Numbered from the stretch's first letter, positions 23,373 through 36,890 are shown. The stretch: 64,000 nt of DNA from Isurus oxyrinchus (GCA_026770705.1 JANJGN010000036.1:682001-746000); one strand, 5' to 3'. Program-made: numbers and translations. The notes: generated from the sequence alone by a model not told the origin.

Positions 23373-26300
23373 CTCTTTCGCATCCTGTTGTGTCTCTTCG
23401 GCTCTGTCTGACGGCTGTCACATGTGCGTTAATGGCTTAAGTATGTTTTGAAACTTTATACCAGTCTAGATACGCTATAATCAATCACTGACACTGAATG
23501 ACAAATACGCTAATATTCCCCAATTGGCCGATGTTTCTCCAATATTGCATTACTTCCCCTACATGACAATGCGTGGACAATGTACACGAAGCAAACACCT
23601 CCGCCTCCCCCTCACCCGCAGTGGCCATGCCGGACACAATATTGCCAATTTTAGACTCACCTGGTGGTTCCTGCACAGAAGAAGTCAATTCAACATCTTG
23701 TGGCCAGGTTGGGTTTCTGAAAGAGGAACAAATATAGTTCACCTTCGACTCAACCCCGCCTTTTCTCCGTGGCCCTAGAAATGATTTGTCTTTCTATCTT
23801 CTAACAGTTATCAAATCTCCTCATTCCAGACAGTTCCACCACTGGCAACAGTTTCTCCCTGCCTACTGTTTCCAGACCCTTCATAATTTAGAATATCTCT
23901 ATTAAATCTCCTCTCAACTTTCGCTTCTCCCAGGGAAACAACACCAGTTTCTCCAGCCTATTGTTTTCGAACTGAATTTCCTCATTCTTGCAACCTTCTC
24001 AACAATCTTGACTGCAACCTCGCTATAGCTTTCACATCCTTCGCGAAGTCAGGTGGCCAGAATGGTACACAATGCACCAGCTGAGGCCGAACTGAATCTT
24101 TTTACGAACGTTTATTTGAACTTTGTGCCTTTGTACTCTATGTCCATATTATTAAAAGCCTGAAACCCCTACGCTTTACTAACTACTCTGTCAACGTATT
24201 CTGTCACCTTACGTGATCTGAACAGATATACAACCTGATCACTCTGTTCCTGCACCCCTTTTACAATCGTCTCCTTTGTTTTATGTTGTCTCTCCTCGTT
24301 CTTCAAAACAAAATGTGTCATTGCACACTTCTGTGCATTAAATCTAACCTGCCAGTCTATCGCTCTCCTCCTCTAGGTCACGAAATTTTCAAGGTTTGTG
24401 TCAACCGTTAATTTTGAAATTGTAGTCGTGACACTGATGTCATGGCTTTTCATAACCTCTAGGAGAAGCCTGAGTCCTAAAATCCGTGCCTTGAGGAAAT
24501 CTAGCCTATACTTTTCCTGCAGTCTCAATAGTGGGCCTCTTATATGGGAGCAACAGGCCGGAGAGTGATTTCAGAATGTGGGCAGTTGCTCACTTTTCAT
24601 TGTGGGATCTCTTGCCTCGTTCTTCTGAAAGGAGAGTCAGTAATTAGCAATTTAAAACTGTGAGAAGGGAATCACATTGGACAACCAATTATGAAAATGT
24701 CCCTGATAAACATTGATCCTCACCTGATCTGCCGCTTTTATGTGTCCAAATGAAAATGAAGATCAAGTGTAGAAATAGGATCGCCGCTACCATTCTGACA
24801 ACATTAAGGGTCGGAATGCACTATTCCCACAGAGACAAAACAATTAGAAACTGCTGCTCGATCAAATCAGAATTTCGTGGGATTCTCTCATGGGAAACGT
24901 GACCCAGTTAAAAGTTGGTGCCTCAAACAGCCTTTGCGACAGATAGCGGCTACTGGACGCACAGAATGAGATAAATTAAGCAATGTTTTCGAATTGAGAT
25001 GAATTGGCGGACAACACTGTCAGGATTGTTCCAAAAAATTATACAATCTTACCGATGTCTACCTGGAAACTGAATTATAGATTCATAGAATGAACCAGTC
25101 AACAAGGAGGCAGTTCGGTCCATCTTGTCAGTGGTAGATGTTTGTGTAAAGAAAACTCAACATGTTTCCCCCCTTGGTTCTCGCCTTTGGAAACAGTTTC
25201 TCCGTATTTGCTCTATCTAAACAATTCATGATTTCGAACCGTTAACCTTCTCTGCTCTAAGGAGAACAGCCCCAAATTGTCAAGCTTCTCCACATTAACT
25301 AAAATCCCCGATGCCAGGTCCCATTCTGGTGAATGTCCTCTGTACCCTCTCCAAGGCCCTGACATATTTCCTTAACATGGCGTCCAGAATTGGAATCAAC
25401 ACTCCGGCTGGTGTCAGACTAGGGATTGATAAATTGCTATTTTTTCTCCTATCTGATTCCTCCATTAAAAAGCCGTGGTCTCCCTCTGTCTTTTATGTGC
25501 CATCTCAACTTGTCCTGCCACGTTCAGAGATTAATATCCATCGGCCTGATGAGAGTTCAACTCGGTCAATTCCATATTAACCCAATTTCACCTTCGCTTC
25601 ACCACACGAAGCTAATGTTAAATCCGACTGCTGATTTCACCAACTAATATGACTTAAACATTAAACCGGATTTTACAAGTAAAATGGAGATTGATAAAGT
25701 AGATTCCGGGAAATGAGGAAGGTGACGGGGGTAATTGAGCGAGAACCACGTCCCTGCAGACCCGTCGCTTTTCCCAACAATCTCACCTCTTCACTGCTTT
25801 CTGCTCATGGAAACTAACGTTGAACTAATCTCAAACCTGTTCCTCATCCACTGCCTGAAAGAGTGGAGGTTACAGATTAAATAATAATTTCCCTGAGGGA
25901 AACCAGATTATTATATGAATTATGTGAACGGGAACCAGTTACAGGATTATTGGGAAAAGGTGGGATTAATTGAATATCCTCTTTCTGTGCTGTATCACTC
26001 TATGATATTAAGATGTCACGCAGGAGCTTAAAGCGAGTCGAGAACGTATTTACAAGACAAGGTCTCCCTGTCGGACAGAGGACAATTCTAATTCGTTTCA
26101 AATCATTAAATGCGCTTTTTACATAAATATTAGACACATATAAACGCATACGTACATAAGTATATATAAAAAAATATATATTTTATATAGACAGGCAAAT
26201 GCACACGCACATATATAAACACACGCGCACTCACACATTCACCGATATACACGCACACACATATCTGCACACAGGCACACGCATATGTGTGAACAGTCAT

Positions 26301-26991
26301 ACATACGCACACATGTTAACACACACACATTGAAACACACACACACGACCACAAACTCACAAATATCTTTATATGTGTCTATTGTTATCTGTTGTCCCCG
26401 GAAGTGCTTAAATGAGAGGCAGATTCTTAGAATCTAGTGAATTCCTGCAACTGATCTTATGAAGTAAAGACCTTCACTGAACAGATCACCAACTCATCTG
26501 TGCCTGTCTCTGTTCTTTGGTCCTTAAACCAATATTTGTTTGGAGACCCCAGATGAACGATACAAGTAGAGGGGCCGCCCGTTCTCTGGGTTGCAATCGG
26601 CACCATGGCGTGACTTCTGATGCTGTAGGAACCGTCCGCCTCCCTCGTACCGGGATTCTGTAAGTAGAGAGATTATAGTTACATTATCACTGGTTATTGA
26701 AGGATAGCAAGCAGCCGCCTTGAAAGACGTAGTGAGTAATTTAAGAACAGTCACATCATTATTTTTAATTATTCTTATCCCTCATTTGATTTTCTTCAGC
26801 TTATAAGAGAGACAAATAAACAAACTCATACGATCAGGTCAAATCCCTTCACCTGGTCACTGGGTAACATTTTTAGCTTAGTTAACAATGATTCTGGCGG
26901 ATCCCAGTTTACAATTCTCACCCGCCTCTTACTCACCACAAACCCGTAGCACTTGGAAAACAAGTGGCAGAGACAAAAATACCTTGGACAT
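23373..26991 (-). pseudogene. Type B receptor pseudogene with V and half of C deleted
   Basis: Intact leader MSKVFLSLPLVFQVLRVC at 26991-26937. The V acceptor (26657) is fused out of frame to the 3' half of C (DPGTREADGSYSIRSH..STCIVHLGSP). TM relic ~24826-24724 with a stop and a dead acceptor. Cytoplasmic exons 24624-24594, 23716-23661 and ~23422-23373. Confidence 0.82.
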
Positions 26992-29099
26992 CTTGACGTG
27001 GTGACTTCACTCTGTTTTCTCTCTCACCACTTTGTTACCTCAGGAGAAGTGGCCCCAGACTGACCTGAGCTCAGTCCCAGTCAGTAGCTCCACATTCAGA
27101 TCTGGTGAAAACCTGACTAGCTATGCTATTGAAAGTACTACAATATTTTGGGTGGGTGAGGCGTCCTGATGAGTACTGTGGTCACCATCTGAACATCACA
27201 GCGGTCAATTGGTAGAATGCCACTCAAGTTGTCGCCCGGGGGTGGGGGGTGGTGGAGGTGGTGGGGCCTGGGTCACAGAGTACTAATTGTATGGATGGGT
27301 TCTGAATATTGCAGTTAAGGATTACTCAATTCTGGGCACGTGAGAGCCGTTTGCAAGGGAAGCATGTATTAACCATCCCTGGTTGACTCTTGAGGTGGTG
27401 GTGGTGAGTCGGCATCTTGAACTGTTGCAGTCCATGTGGTGTAGGTACAACCACAGTGCTGTTAGTCGGGTAGTTACAGGATTTTGACCCAATGAAAGTG
27501 TAGGAATTGCGGTTCTTTTCATGCCAGGATGGTGTGTGGCTTGGCGGGCAACTTGCACTTGGTGGTATTATTGCTATCATTGTACCAGAAGTTTGTAGAG
27601 GTCGCAGATTTGGAAGGTGAACGCCAGGAATTCAGAGTGTTATGTCATTGTACTCAATATAATCAATTTTGTAAACAGTTTGTACAAAATTCATGATAAA
27701 ACCTGGTTATGTCAGAGACTGGAATATATTGGGTAAAATGTATGTGGATTAGTTTGAATTTACGAGTGTCTCATTCTCTATATTACAAATTACACAAAGA
27801 TCTGGAGTGGGATTCTAATGTAGCAAAGACGGGCCTTCACCACACTTATTGTGAATCTAAATGGATTGAGTACAGTTCCAATCCTTTCGTGCATCATCCT
27901 CCTTTCTGTCAAGTCTCATTGAGTAGGGTTTCGACTGACTTATTCTATAATATAAAATGCCGTTGGTGATTGACCTGAATTCAGTGTCCTGAGTTCATTG
28001 TATTTGCCTATGATTCATTGATTGACCCCGTGAAGAGAGTTTCAAACAATCATACATGTTCCACTTTGCTTTGTGGTCTAAGCGGGTTCACAGCAGATCA
28101 ATGGAAAATTAACTGCACATTTAATTTTCCATTGAACTTTGAAATAGCCGTTAAGCTCCTTTGATGTTACAGTTTATAGAGTTACATAGAGTTTGAAGCA
28201 CAGAAACAGGCTATTCGACCCGACTGCTCATGCTCGTGTTTATGCCCTGCATGACCCTCCTCCCATCCCTTCTTCTCAGTCCAACAGCATATCCTTACAT
28301 TCCCTTCTTCTGCATGTGTTTACAAACTTCCCACTTAAATGCAAATCTGCAAGAGCCTCATCCATTCCCTGTGGGAGTGGGTTCAACATCCTCCCCAATG
28401 CCCGAGTAAAAAAGTTTCTCCTGAATCCCAGACTGGATTTGACGAATATTAATGGCTCCACATTATAGAGGATCATAGGAACACAGGATTGGGCCATTGG
28501 ACCTTTTGAGCCTGCTACACTATTCAATAAGGTCATGGCGGATCTGGTAGTGGTCTCGACTCCACCTTCCTGTCTGCCGCCCATAGGCCTTGGCTTCCTT
28601 GACGAACAAATATCTGTCTAACACGGGGCCTTGAATACATTCAAAGACTCAGCCGGCACTACATTCCACAGACCAACTACCCATTGAGTGAAAAGAAAAT
28701 CTCGTCATCTTTGTCTTAAAATGGAGACCTTTATTTTTGAATTCTCCACGATTCTGGATTGAATTTATTGAAGGCCAATATTGTTGAAAGCGTGCAGAAG
28801 TAGAATCATCTTCCTTCAGCCTGCCAAAATAAACCATTTCACAATTTTAAAGGCCCCGACCAGGTCAACCCTGAATCTTCTCCTTTTTTCGATCAAAGAA
28901 CTCCAGCTTGTTCATTCATTCCAGCTTGTTCATTCATTCCAGATAGATATAAGCTCTCAGTTCCTTTATCATCCTTGTGAAACATTAACCGTACCTTTTC
29001 CAGTGCCTCTGTATCATGTCGAGAACATGCAGAGTTCTGTCCTGTACTCCAGCTATGGTCTAACTAACGTGAGAACATACCTGGTGTATTTTGTAAAGC

Positions 29100-29185
29100 T
29101 GATGATGAGTGCGTGACAGCACTTGGACCTGTAATAAACAGGAAAACCGCAGAGAGCTATCTACCTCGGCACCGTTTTTCAACCC
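29100..29185 (+). promoter_or_regulatory. Gene A proximal promoter (FOX-ETS-RUNX composite)
   Basis: TAAACAGGAAAACCGCA at 29135-29151, about 160 bp upstream of the ATG. The AAACAGGAAA core is shared with three other A-type copies. Confidence 0.5.
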
Positions 29186-29307
29186 CTATCGTGTATCTAT
29201 GCATAAACATAGAATGGCATTCAGGCTGCATATTTCACACATCCTTCAGACCGAAAGGAGAACGAGTTCTTGGGGGCTCACAGACTGACCGTCTGAAGTC
29301 ACGGGCA

Positions 29308-32300
29308 ATGAGCTTCCTCGCTGTGTGTGCATTGTCCCATCTCTTCCAGGGTGAGATATCTTAACATGTTACATACAGTGGAGAACGGCAGGGATGGTGT
29401 AAATAAAAAGAAATTGTTTCAATTGGCAGGGGGCGCGGCAACCAGCGGGACACAGATTGAAGAGAACCGGCAAAAGGACCAGAGGGGGTGGGGGAGTGGG
29501 GACGAGAATAATTTTTCTTTAACCAAGAATTATTGTGATCTGGAAGGCTCTGCCTGAAAGGACGATAGAAGCACATTCAAAAGGAATTTTCAAAAGGGAA
29601 ATTGGATGGATACTTGAAAGGGAAACATTTTCAGAGATATGCAGGACGGAGCGGGGGAGGTGTTGGGGGTGGGGGTGGGGCGGTTGGTGGGGGGGCTACA
29701 GAATGGGGGATAGCTGGATAGATCTCTCCACGTGCCAGCATTCTGAAGGGCCAAAATGGCCTCCAAATGCGCTGTGCGGGACTATGAGATGCAAGTCAGT
29801 TATCAGGTTCAATATAAAAATAGAGCGAATATAATCAACAATATGGGAACTGCATCCGTCAGGAACAATGAATGAAATTAATCTGAAATGTAAACTCCCC
29901 TGAGATAAAAGATGTGAGTTGGCCCCATCTTCATTATTGGCGATTCAGAAGTGGACAGAGTTTCAGGTGGATCATTAGAGTGAGTATTGATCTCTGGAAC
30001 AAAATAAAATGCCCAAAGCTAACGGAGAAGAACAGAAAACGAAGGGAGGTGAGAGAAGAAATATAACAGTTTGAAAATTTAGATTTGAAGCAGTTCTTTT
30101 AAGTTTTGGAAAGACAGGAATAGAACGGCGCAAACAACCGATTGCGCGTGATTTATCGATATGAACTATATATTTTTTTAATGACCGTGCCTCCTCCCTA
30201 TCGGGGTGTATTCGTCGGAGGCTAGCTTCGGGAGAGAGGGTGTGCGGGTGCGGGGTGGCGGATTGCACTGTAATCTGAGGTAACTTGTTTATTTCTGTCT
30301 TGCTCAGTTATTATGTCTCAACCCGTCTTGTCTCAGTCTCCACCGGTTCAGACACTCCCTGCAGGGAGTCGTGCTAAATTGAGTTGCCTCACGGAGGGCT
30401 CAGTGGTTAGCTTCATCCTCTGGTACAGACAATCGGAGCGAAACGACATGAAGCTGATTTACATAGCGGGCCAGTACCTCCCCGCAGAGGGGAGGTTTTC
30501 CAGTGAGGCTAATTGCAAAGCGGTTAATTGTTCACTGCTCATTGCGGACACCCGGAGAGATGATTCTGGAATATATTACTGTGCAATCCGCAATTTCAAT
30601 AACATGGTCAGAATATTCGGAAATGGCTCCCAGTTAGTGATTACAGGTGAATTTTATCATTATTCCATCGAATTAGGTATTTTGACAGCAATTAAAAGTC
30701 TCTGGTTTCAGCTCATAATGATGTTTTTCCTTCATTTGCCAAATTTAGAGGGCCCCCCCACCATATCCCTCCTCGCCCCGCCAGAGGATGAGATTCCCTC
30801 CATGGAAAGGGTCCCGTTGTTATGTTTGATAAGAGGCTTGTCCCCCGATTCCTTAACAGTCCACTGGGATATTTCCGCGCGGGATGCGGATAGACAGACC
30901 GATTCCGGGACAATTGAGTCGGACGGGACCTACACCATCAGGAGTTACACCAGCCTCTCGGCGGAAACATGGAGCAGCGGCGCTCTCTGTACTTGCGCCG
31001 TTCAAATCAACTCCAGTGAAAATCTTCTCAGTGCAAGTGTCTCATCTCAGAGAGGTAGCTATTAACAGTGACCGTTTACCAATCTATTTAATGCTGATGG
31101 GAGACTTTGTCAACTTTGTAAATTAGAATTGTCCATCTTTCCGTGTGTGTCCATGTAACATCATTTTATCATTGACCTATCACAGGTCTCTCCGTCTTTC
31201 AGAGTTTAGCTTTCTGAAATTCTAACTCCTTCCGTTCTCTCTACCTCAGAGGGCTACGGATGCTCTGTCGCTGAGGTAGATTTTTGTGCATTAAGTGAAT
31301 AAGGGACGTGGACAGGCCAGGAAATTGCATTTAATCTGCAGGATTAACAGTGGTCTTATTGAATGGCGGATCTCCTTGAGGGGCAGAATGGTCTCCTGCT
31401 CCTATTTCCTGTGTTCTTGTGTCTATCTAAGCATATTGACATGGTTCCATGCCACTGGATCATTTGTCAGTGAGCAAAATTGAAAAGTGTGATTACATTC
31501 CCAGTGCACCACTTTGTCTCACCATGCCTGTGTAAAATTATCTATTCATATCTCTAACTACTTAACATTCACAATATTTCTGTCTGTCTTAGTTAAATAT
31601 TGGGATGTAAAATATCTTCTCTATCCGTGTGTCTATCTGTTTATCTATCTATTCATCTTTCTTGCTCTCTATCAAACATCCATTCTTATCCTCGTACAGG
31701 TTAAGATAACTGCTTTATCTATTTTTATGTTTAACTCTCTCTCTCTCTCTGAAACCTTCTCACTACCGCTCCCCCTCTCTGAATCTCCAGGTCCCACCAC
31801 TGTTTGCCTCATCACTCTCTCCCTCTTATTCTGTCATTATCTATTGATAAATGTATTCATCTCTCTATCTATATCACTCTACCTCTGTTTATCTTGTCTA
31901 TTTCTATAGTAGTTAAATGGTGCCTTATAAGAAATCTGGGACATTCATCTATCTTCCCATCTGTCGATCTCTCTCCATCTCTCACCCTCTTTCTCTCTTT
32001 CTCTCTCTGTCTCTATCGCTCTCTCTCTCTATCCCTTCCCATCCATTTAAAAAATTCTGTCTATGTTTTATGCTCTGTCATACTCTCTTCATCTCTCTAT
32101 CTGTAACTATCCAGCTCTCCATCCATTTCTCTATCCAGCTCTCCGTCCATCTCTCTGCTCTGCTTCTCCCCCTCTCCAAATCTCTCTCACTCCGTCGCCC
32201 CATCTCCCATTTCTTCCTTTCTCCCCCTCTCTCTCCATCCCTCCCCTCCCTCTTTCCCTCTCTCCCCATCTCTCCCTTACCCCAATTCCCCCTCTGTCGA

Positions 32301-34140
32301 ACTCTCCCTCTCTCCCCTATCCCCCATCCCTTCCCCCCTTTCCATTTTCCCTCTCTCTCTCGCTCCCTCTGTGACCATCTCTCCCTCTCCACCTCTCTCC
32401 CCAACTCTCCTCCGCTCTCCCATCTCCTTTCTCCCTCTCACTCCCCCATTTCTCCCTATCTCCACATATCTCCTCTCTCCGTCGCTACCCCTCTCCCCTG
32501 TTTCCCCTTATCTTCAAACCTCCCTCCCCCTTCAACTATTTCCCTTTGTATTTCTATCTTAGTTAAACAGAGAGTGATCTTCTCTCTCGACCACTCTCTG
32601 TCCATTTCTCCCCGGCTTAACATTTATTTGCTATTAAAACAGTGCTCTATCTATCTCTTTCGTTATCTCTCTATGTTTGTCCTATTTAAATAGTGTTCCA
32701 TAAGATCGCTGCTCTCTCTCTCTCTCTCGCTTTCTCTCTCTATATTTCAGCCTTTATAAATGGGCGTCTATCTATCTCTTTATCACTCGCTCCCAGTGTC
32801 CGATTCAAATAGCGTTTTTAACGATCTCTTCTCATTCTCCCTATCTCTCTCTCTTTCTGTATACAGATATCTACCCTGTTCAAATAGTGCTTTATAAGAT
32901 CTCTGCTGTCCCTTGCCACTCGTCTCTCCATCTCTGTCTCTATCTCTTCTCTCTCATTCTACATATTTCTACTTCTGTCCTGTTTTAATATTCTTCTGTT
33001 ACGTCTCTTTATTTCCGGATAATGAAAGCAGTAAAAATCTATTTCCGTCTGCAGGTGAAATCAGGCATCTAATTTGCGACCTTTTCCCCCACTTGTTTAT
33101 TTAATTCCACAAACTTTCTTTTAAATGAAAGTTTTTTTTGCAGATTCTCCGCTCCCGACAACCTGCAGTTTCCTGTTTTCAGGGAGTTTGACGGCGGCAG
33201 CTCTTCTCCTTCTGGGGATGATTCTTGTGGTCGGGAGAAGGAGCTGCCGGAACCAGCAGACAGGTAGCGATTTTTGGGAGACGCTGAAACTCCGTGGCGC
33301 TCTCAATCAATTCAGTTATGAATAAATTATTGACAGTTTCAGCCGGTTCAGAGTGAAATGTAGCCACTTACGCTCAGTTCAAATTTTACTTTCTAACAGG
33401 AAAAATGAACAGTGGTGAGGAAATGAAAGATTGCAGAGAACAACGAGAGAATAAAGAGGTAAAAGAATGCAATTGTTGCCACAAGCCTGGAAACATTTCA
33501 CGAAATTTTAATCCAAGGTTCACATTTCATAGTTATTGCGATTAATCTAAAGAAATTTAGGTCATGAGTAATACAGGATGGCAGAAACTAGGCTTCAATT
33601 CCTCTCATTAGGAAGATTAAGGGTTGATTTAATCCAAGGGTTTAAGATGATAAAAGGATACGATCGTGTCTGAAGAGATAGACTCTTTGCTCTGGTGGCA
33701 CAGATGTGGAGTTGCGGTGCGGGATGAGTAGTGGGGGTTGGAGGGCTGGAGTCCAGAACAAGGGGGCACGACCTTAAAATTAGCGGTAGATCATTCGGGG
33801 GTGATGTCAGGAAGCACTTAGTCACACAAAGGCGAGTGGAAATCTAAAGCTCTCTCCCCTCAAAAGCTGTTGAGGCTGCGGGATCAATTGGAAGTGTCAA
33901 AACATGGATTGACAGATTTTTGTTTGGGAAAGGGGGTTAAGGATTATTGAACCAAGTTGGGTGGATGGACATGATGATACAGACCAGCCAAGCTCTAATT
34001 AAATAGATTGGAGGGGCTGAATGGCCTCCTGCTATCCCAATGATGATGGTTTTCGTTATATTAATGGATTCGGTTTTTATTTTTTTTCTCCACAGACGCT
34101 TTATGCCCGCTTGGCCTTCAATGAAGATGCCAAACTTTGA
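29308..34140 (+). CDS. Type A non-rearranging VJ-C1-TM receptor (TCR/IgL-like IgSF), intact, 6 coding exons, 303 aa
   Basis: Exons 29308-29350 (leader MSFLAVCALSHLFQ, donor gtgaga), 30308-30646 (V with fused J: LSC..WYRQ..DSGIYYC..FGNGSQLVIT), 30749-31054 (C1: LLCLIRG..HW..DGTYTIRS..W..CTC), 33144-33263 (DSPLPTTC + hydrophobic TM + RRSCR), 33400-33458 and 34096-34140 (TLYARLAFNEDAKL*). All introns are GT-AG with compatible phases (1,1,1,1,0). The total is 912 nt with no internal stop. Confidence 0.88.
30308..30646 (+). CDS. Type A VJ exon (V-set Ig domain with germline-joined J motif)
   Basis: Canonical Cys, WYRQ, DSGIYYC and FGNGSQLVIT lie in one exon. No heptamer/nonamer between YYC and FGxG. 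Confidence 0.93.
30749..31054 (+). CDS. Type A C1-set constant domain exon
   Basis: PTISLLAPP, LLCLIRGLSP, VHW, DGTYTIRSY, TWSSGALCTC. Flanked by tttag| and |gtagct. Confidence 0.92.
31700..32960. repeat. CT-rich low-complexity tract in the gene A C-TM intron
   Basis: Polypyrimidine, (CT)n-rich sequence. Confidence 0.9.
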
Positions 34141-34749
34141 CTGGAGAGCAAAGAGGGAGAGAGAGCTCGCACTCTTCTTCCCGAACACGACGTGCTGCAG
34201 ACATTTTCTACTGTTAGGCGGGAAGTTCCGAAAGTCCAAACGGTGCAAATTCAGACGTATTCTCGCGCAATTTTATGATGTCGCCCAAAGCGGCAACAGA
34301 ATAATCCCATAATGCCCGCTATTCTAACCATAAAATATCGCCTGCAGTTCCACTCCAGCCTCTCCTGCTTTCTGTTATTTGGCACTGGTGTTTATGAATG
34401 CACTCTGCGTCTTTATTCAGTATATCAGCAACATATTATTCAAACAGGCTTTACAATGTATCTGTGCTCGAGTAACCCTCATATTAAAATAGATTTGAAA
34501 ACCAATGTTTGCTCTGTGATATCAGTTCTCTAGATCATTCAGACCAGATGCACCCAGAGTATCTCTGTGGCCAATGTACAAATACATTTACAGAGAGAAT
34601 GTTAGCAGGATAGAAGCAGGGTTAAGGACCAACAAGTACTGAATGGGGTTTAGGCTGCAGTGCTAGTGGACCCCGAGCCTTCACTGGTTGTGTCCTGGGA
34701 GGGAACATTGTTATATTTACTCTTGTTGACAACCCATCCACCCTTTTGT

Positions 34750-36130
34750 TAATACCCCACTATATAAAAAGGAAGGTAGAGAGAAAACAAGGAATTATAG
34801 AGCAGTCAGCCTGGTAGAGGGCAAAATTCTAGAGTCTATTATAAAAGATTTAATAGCTGAGAACGTAGAAAACAGTGGCAGAATAGGACAGAGTCAGCAT
34901 GGATTTACGAAAAGGAAATCATGCTTGACAAATCAACTGGAATATTTTGAGAAAGAGACTGATAGGGCAGATGAGGGGGAGCCAGTGGATGTAGTTTACT
35001 TGGAGTTCCAGACAGCTTTCGACAAAGTCCCACATCATGAGATTAGCATGTAAAATTGAAGCATATGGGATTGGGGGTCGTGTATTGGGATGGAGAGGAA
35101 ACTGGTTGGCAGACAAATAAACACAGATTAGGTATATATGGGTCATTTTCTGAATGGCAGACAGTGAATAGTGGGGTACCACAGGGATCGGTCCTGGGAC
35201 CCCAGCTATTCACAACATATACTAATGGTTTAGATAGGGGAGCTAAATGTAATATCTCCAGATTTAGAGACGACACAAAGCTGGGTGGAAGGGTGATCTG
35301 TGAGGAGGATTCAGAGATGCTTCAGGGTGATTTGGACAAGCTGAGCGAATGGGCAAATCCATGGCCGAAGCAAAGTACTGTGGATAAATGTGAAACTAAC
35401 CACTTTGGTAGAAAAAACAGGAAGGCATATTATTACCTGAATGGCTATAAATTGACAGAGGGGAATGTGCAACGAGACTTGGGTTTCCTCGCACACCACT
35501 GTTGAATGTAAACATGCAGGTGCAGCAGGCGGTAAAGAAGCAAAATGGTATGTTGGCCTTCGTTGCGAGGGGCAGGGATGTCTTGCTGCAAATTTACAGG
35601 GCCTTGGTGAGACCACACTTGGAATATTGTGCGTAGTTTCATCTCTTTATCTGAGGAAGGATTTTCTGGCTAGAGATGGAACTGTCATATGAGGAGAGAT
35701 ATGGCTATATTTCCTGGAGATCAGAAGAATGAGGTGGAATCTCATAGATTCCTATAATATTCTAAGAGGGCTAGATAGGGTAGATGCAGGAAGGGTGTTT
35801 CAGATGGCGGGGGAGTCCAGAACCAGGGATCACAGGTTGAGGATACGGGGTATACCATTTAGGGTTGAGATGAAGAGAACTTTCTTCAGCCAGAGAGTGA
35901 TAAGCCTGTGGAAGTCGCTCCCACGAAAAGTAGTTGAGGTCAAAAAATGGTAAGTTTTCAAGAAGGAGTTAGATATAGCTCTTGGGGCGATAAGGATCAA
36001 AGGATATGGGGAGAAATCGGGAGCAGGCTATTGAGTTAGATGATCAGCCATGATCATAATGAATGGCTGAGCAGGCTCGAAGGGCCGAATGGCCTACTCC
36101 TGCTCCTTTTTTCTATGTTTCTATGTAATA
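34750..36130 (+). mobile_element. CR1-type LINE, 5'-truncated
   Basis: QHGFTKRKSCLTN, AFDKVPH, SGVPQGSVLGPQLF, FRDDTKLGG; tail ending ttctatgtttctatgt. Confidence 0.93.
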
Positions 36131-36369
36131 CAGTTTAGTGCATTTTACGGACCAACATCACTGGTTCAAAGGCACGTAAAATACAGGAGGAGGCCATTTG
36201 GCCCGTCATGCCTATGTCAGCTTTTTGAATGTGCACTTTAGTATCACACCCCTGCTGTCTCCACATGATCCTATGAATTAGTCCCTTGTAACACACCGCC
36301 CATTAACTGTTAGTCTTTATCCTGAATACAGCACATCCCATTGGCTGTGATTGAAAGTGGCTTGCTGGT

Positions 36370-36890
36370 GATGTTAATAATTCACAAATATTGGCTCCTT
36401 ACATTAGATTATCGGTCCAACGTGTGAGTAAATATGATGTCTAACTGAGATGATGTAATCTATTCCCATGACATCTTTCATTTTGTCAATACTAAAAAGC
36501 TGGTCTGGATACAATTGGTGTGCTGCTTACTGGATATTTTTATTGATGATTAAACTCTGGCCTGCAGAAAATATCGTAAATCCTGTTCGTAGCAGAAAGG
36601 AACATTCCCAAATTAACACAAACATTATTTTGTTGTCAAGACTCATTCTGCATAGGCATTTCGAGAGTATTTCCGGACACTTATTACAAGATACAAATGG
36701 AAAAGGTCAACCTGTCCGGAAAGGTTTTGTCATCTTCAACTTGCAGGAAAATAACTTTTTCCTTAAAAATACCAGGGTTCTTTGCAAGCGGTTCCCTACT
36801 CTACCTACCCAGGGAACTATTCCTGTTGCTGATAACTCTGTGTGTCATCGGCCTCCAGGCATCAGTCTTCATAATATCTTGACCTATTAA
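36370..36890 (-). other. Unidentified decayed coding-like block X, copy 3
   Basis: Nucleotide similarity to 10-470 (taaactctg..aacattcccaaat..cattctgca..cttattacaagat..caacttgcaggaaaa..gctgataactctgtgtgtca). Confidence 0.5.

Noticed and set aside
30161-30210. Nearby ATG as the leader of gene A
   Set aside because: It hits a stop after 6 codons. The leader at 29308-29350 is phase-compatible and conserved in paralogs.
30313-31065. Single-exon 250-aa secreted V-C protein, or a rearranged IgL/TCR gene
   Set aside because: The ORF reads through a 102-nt GT-AG intron and lacks a signal peptide. Real leader, TM and cytoplasmic exons exist. The TM has no charged residue and there are no separate J segments or RSS.
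31917-32693. 258-aa Ser/Leu/Pro-rich ORF and antisense Glu/Arg/Gly ORFs
   Set aside because: Artefact of the CT-rich low-complexity intron.
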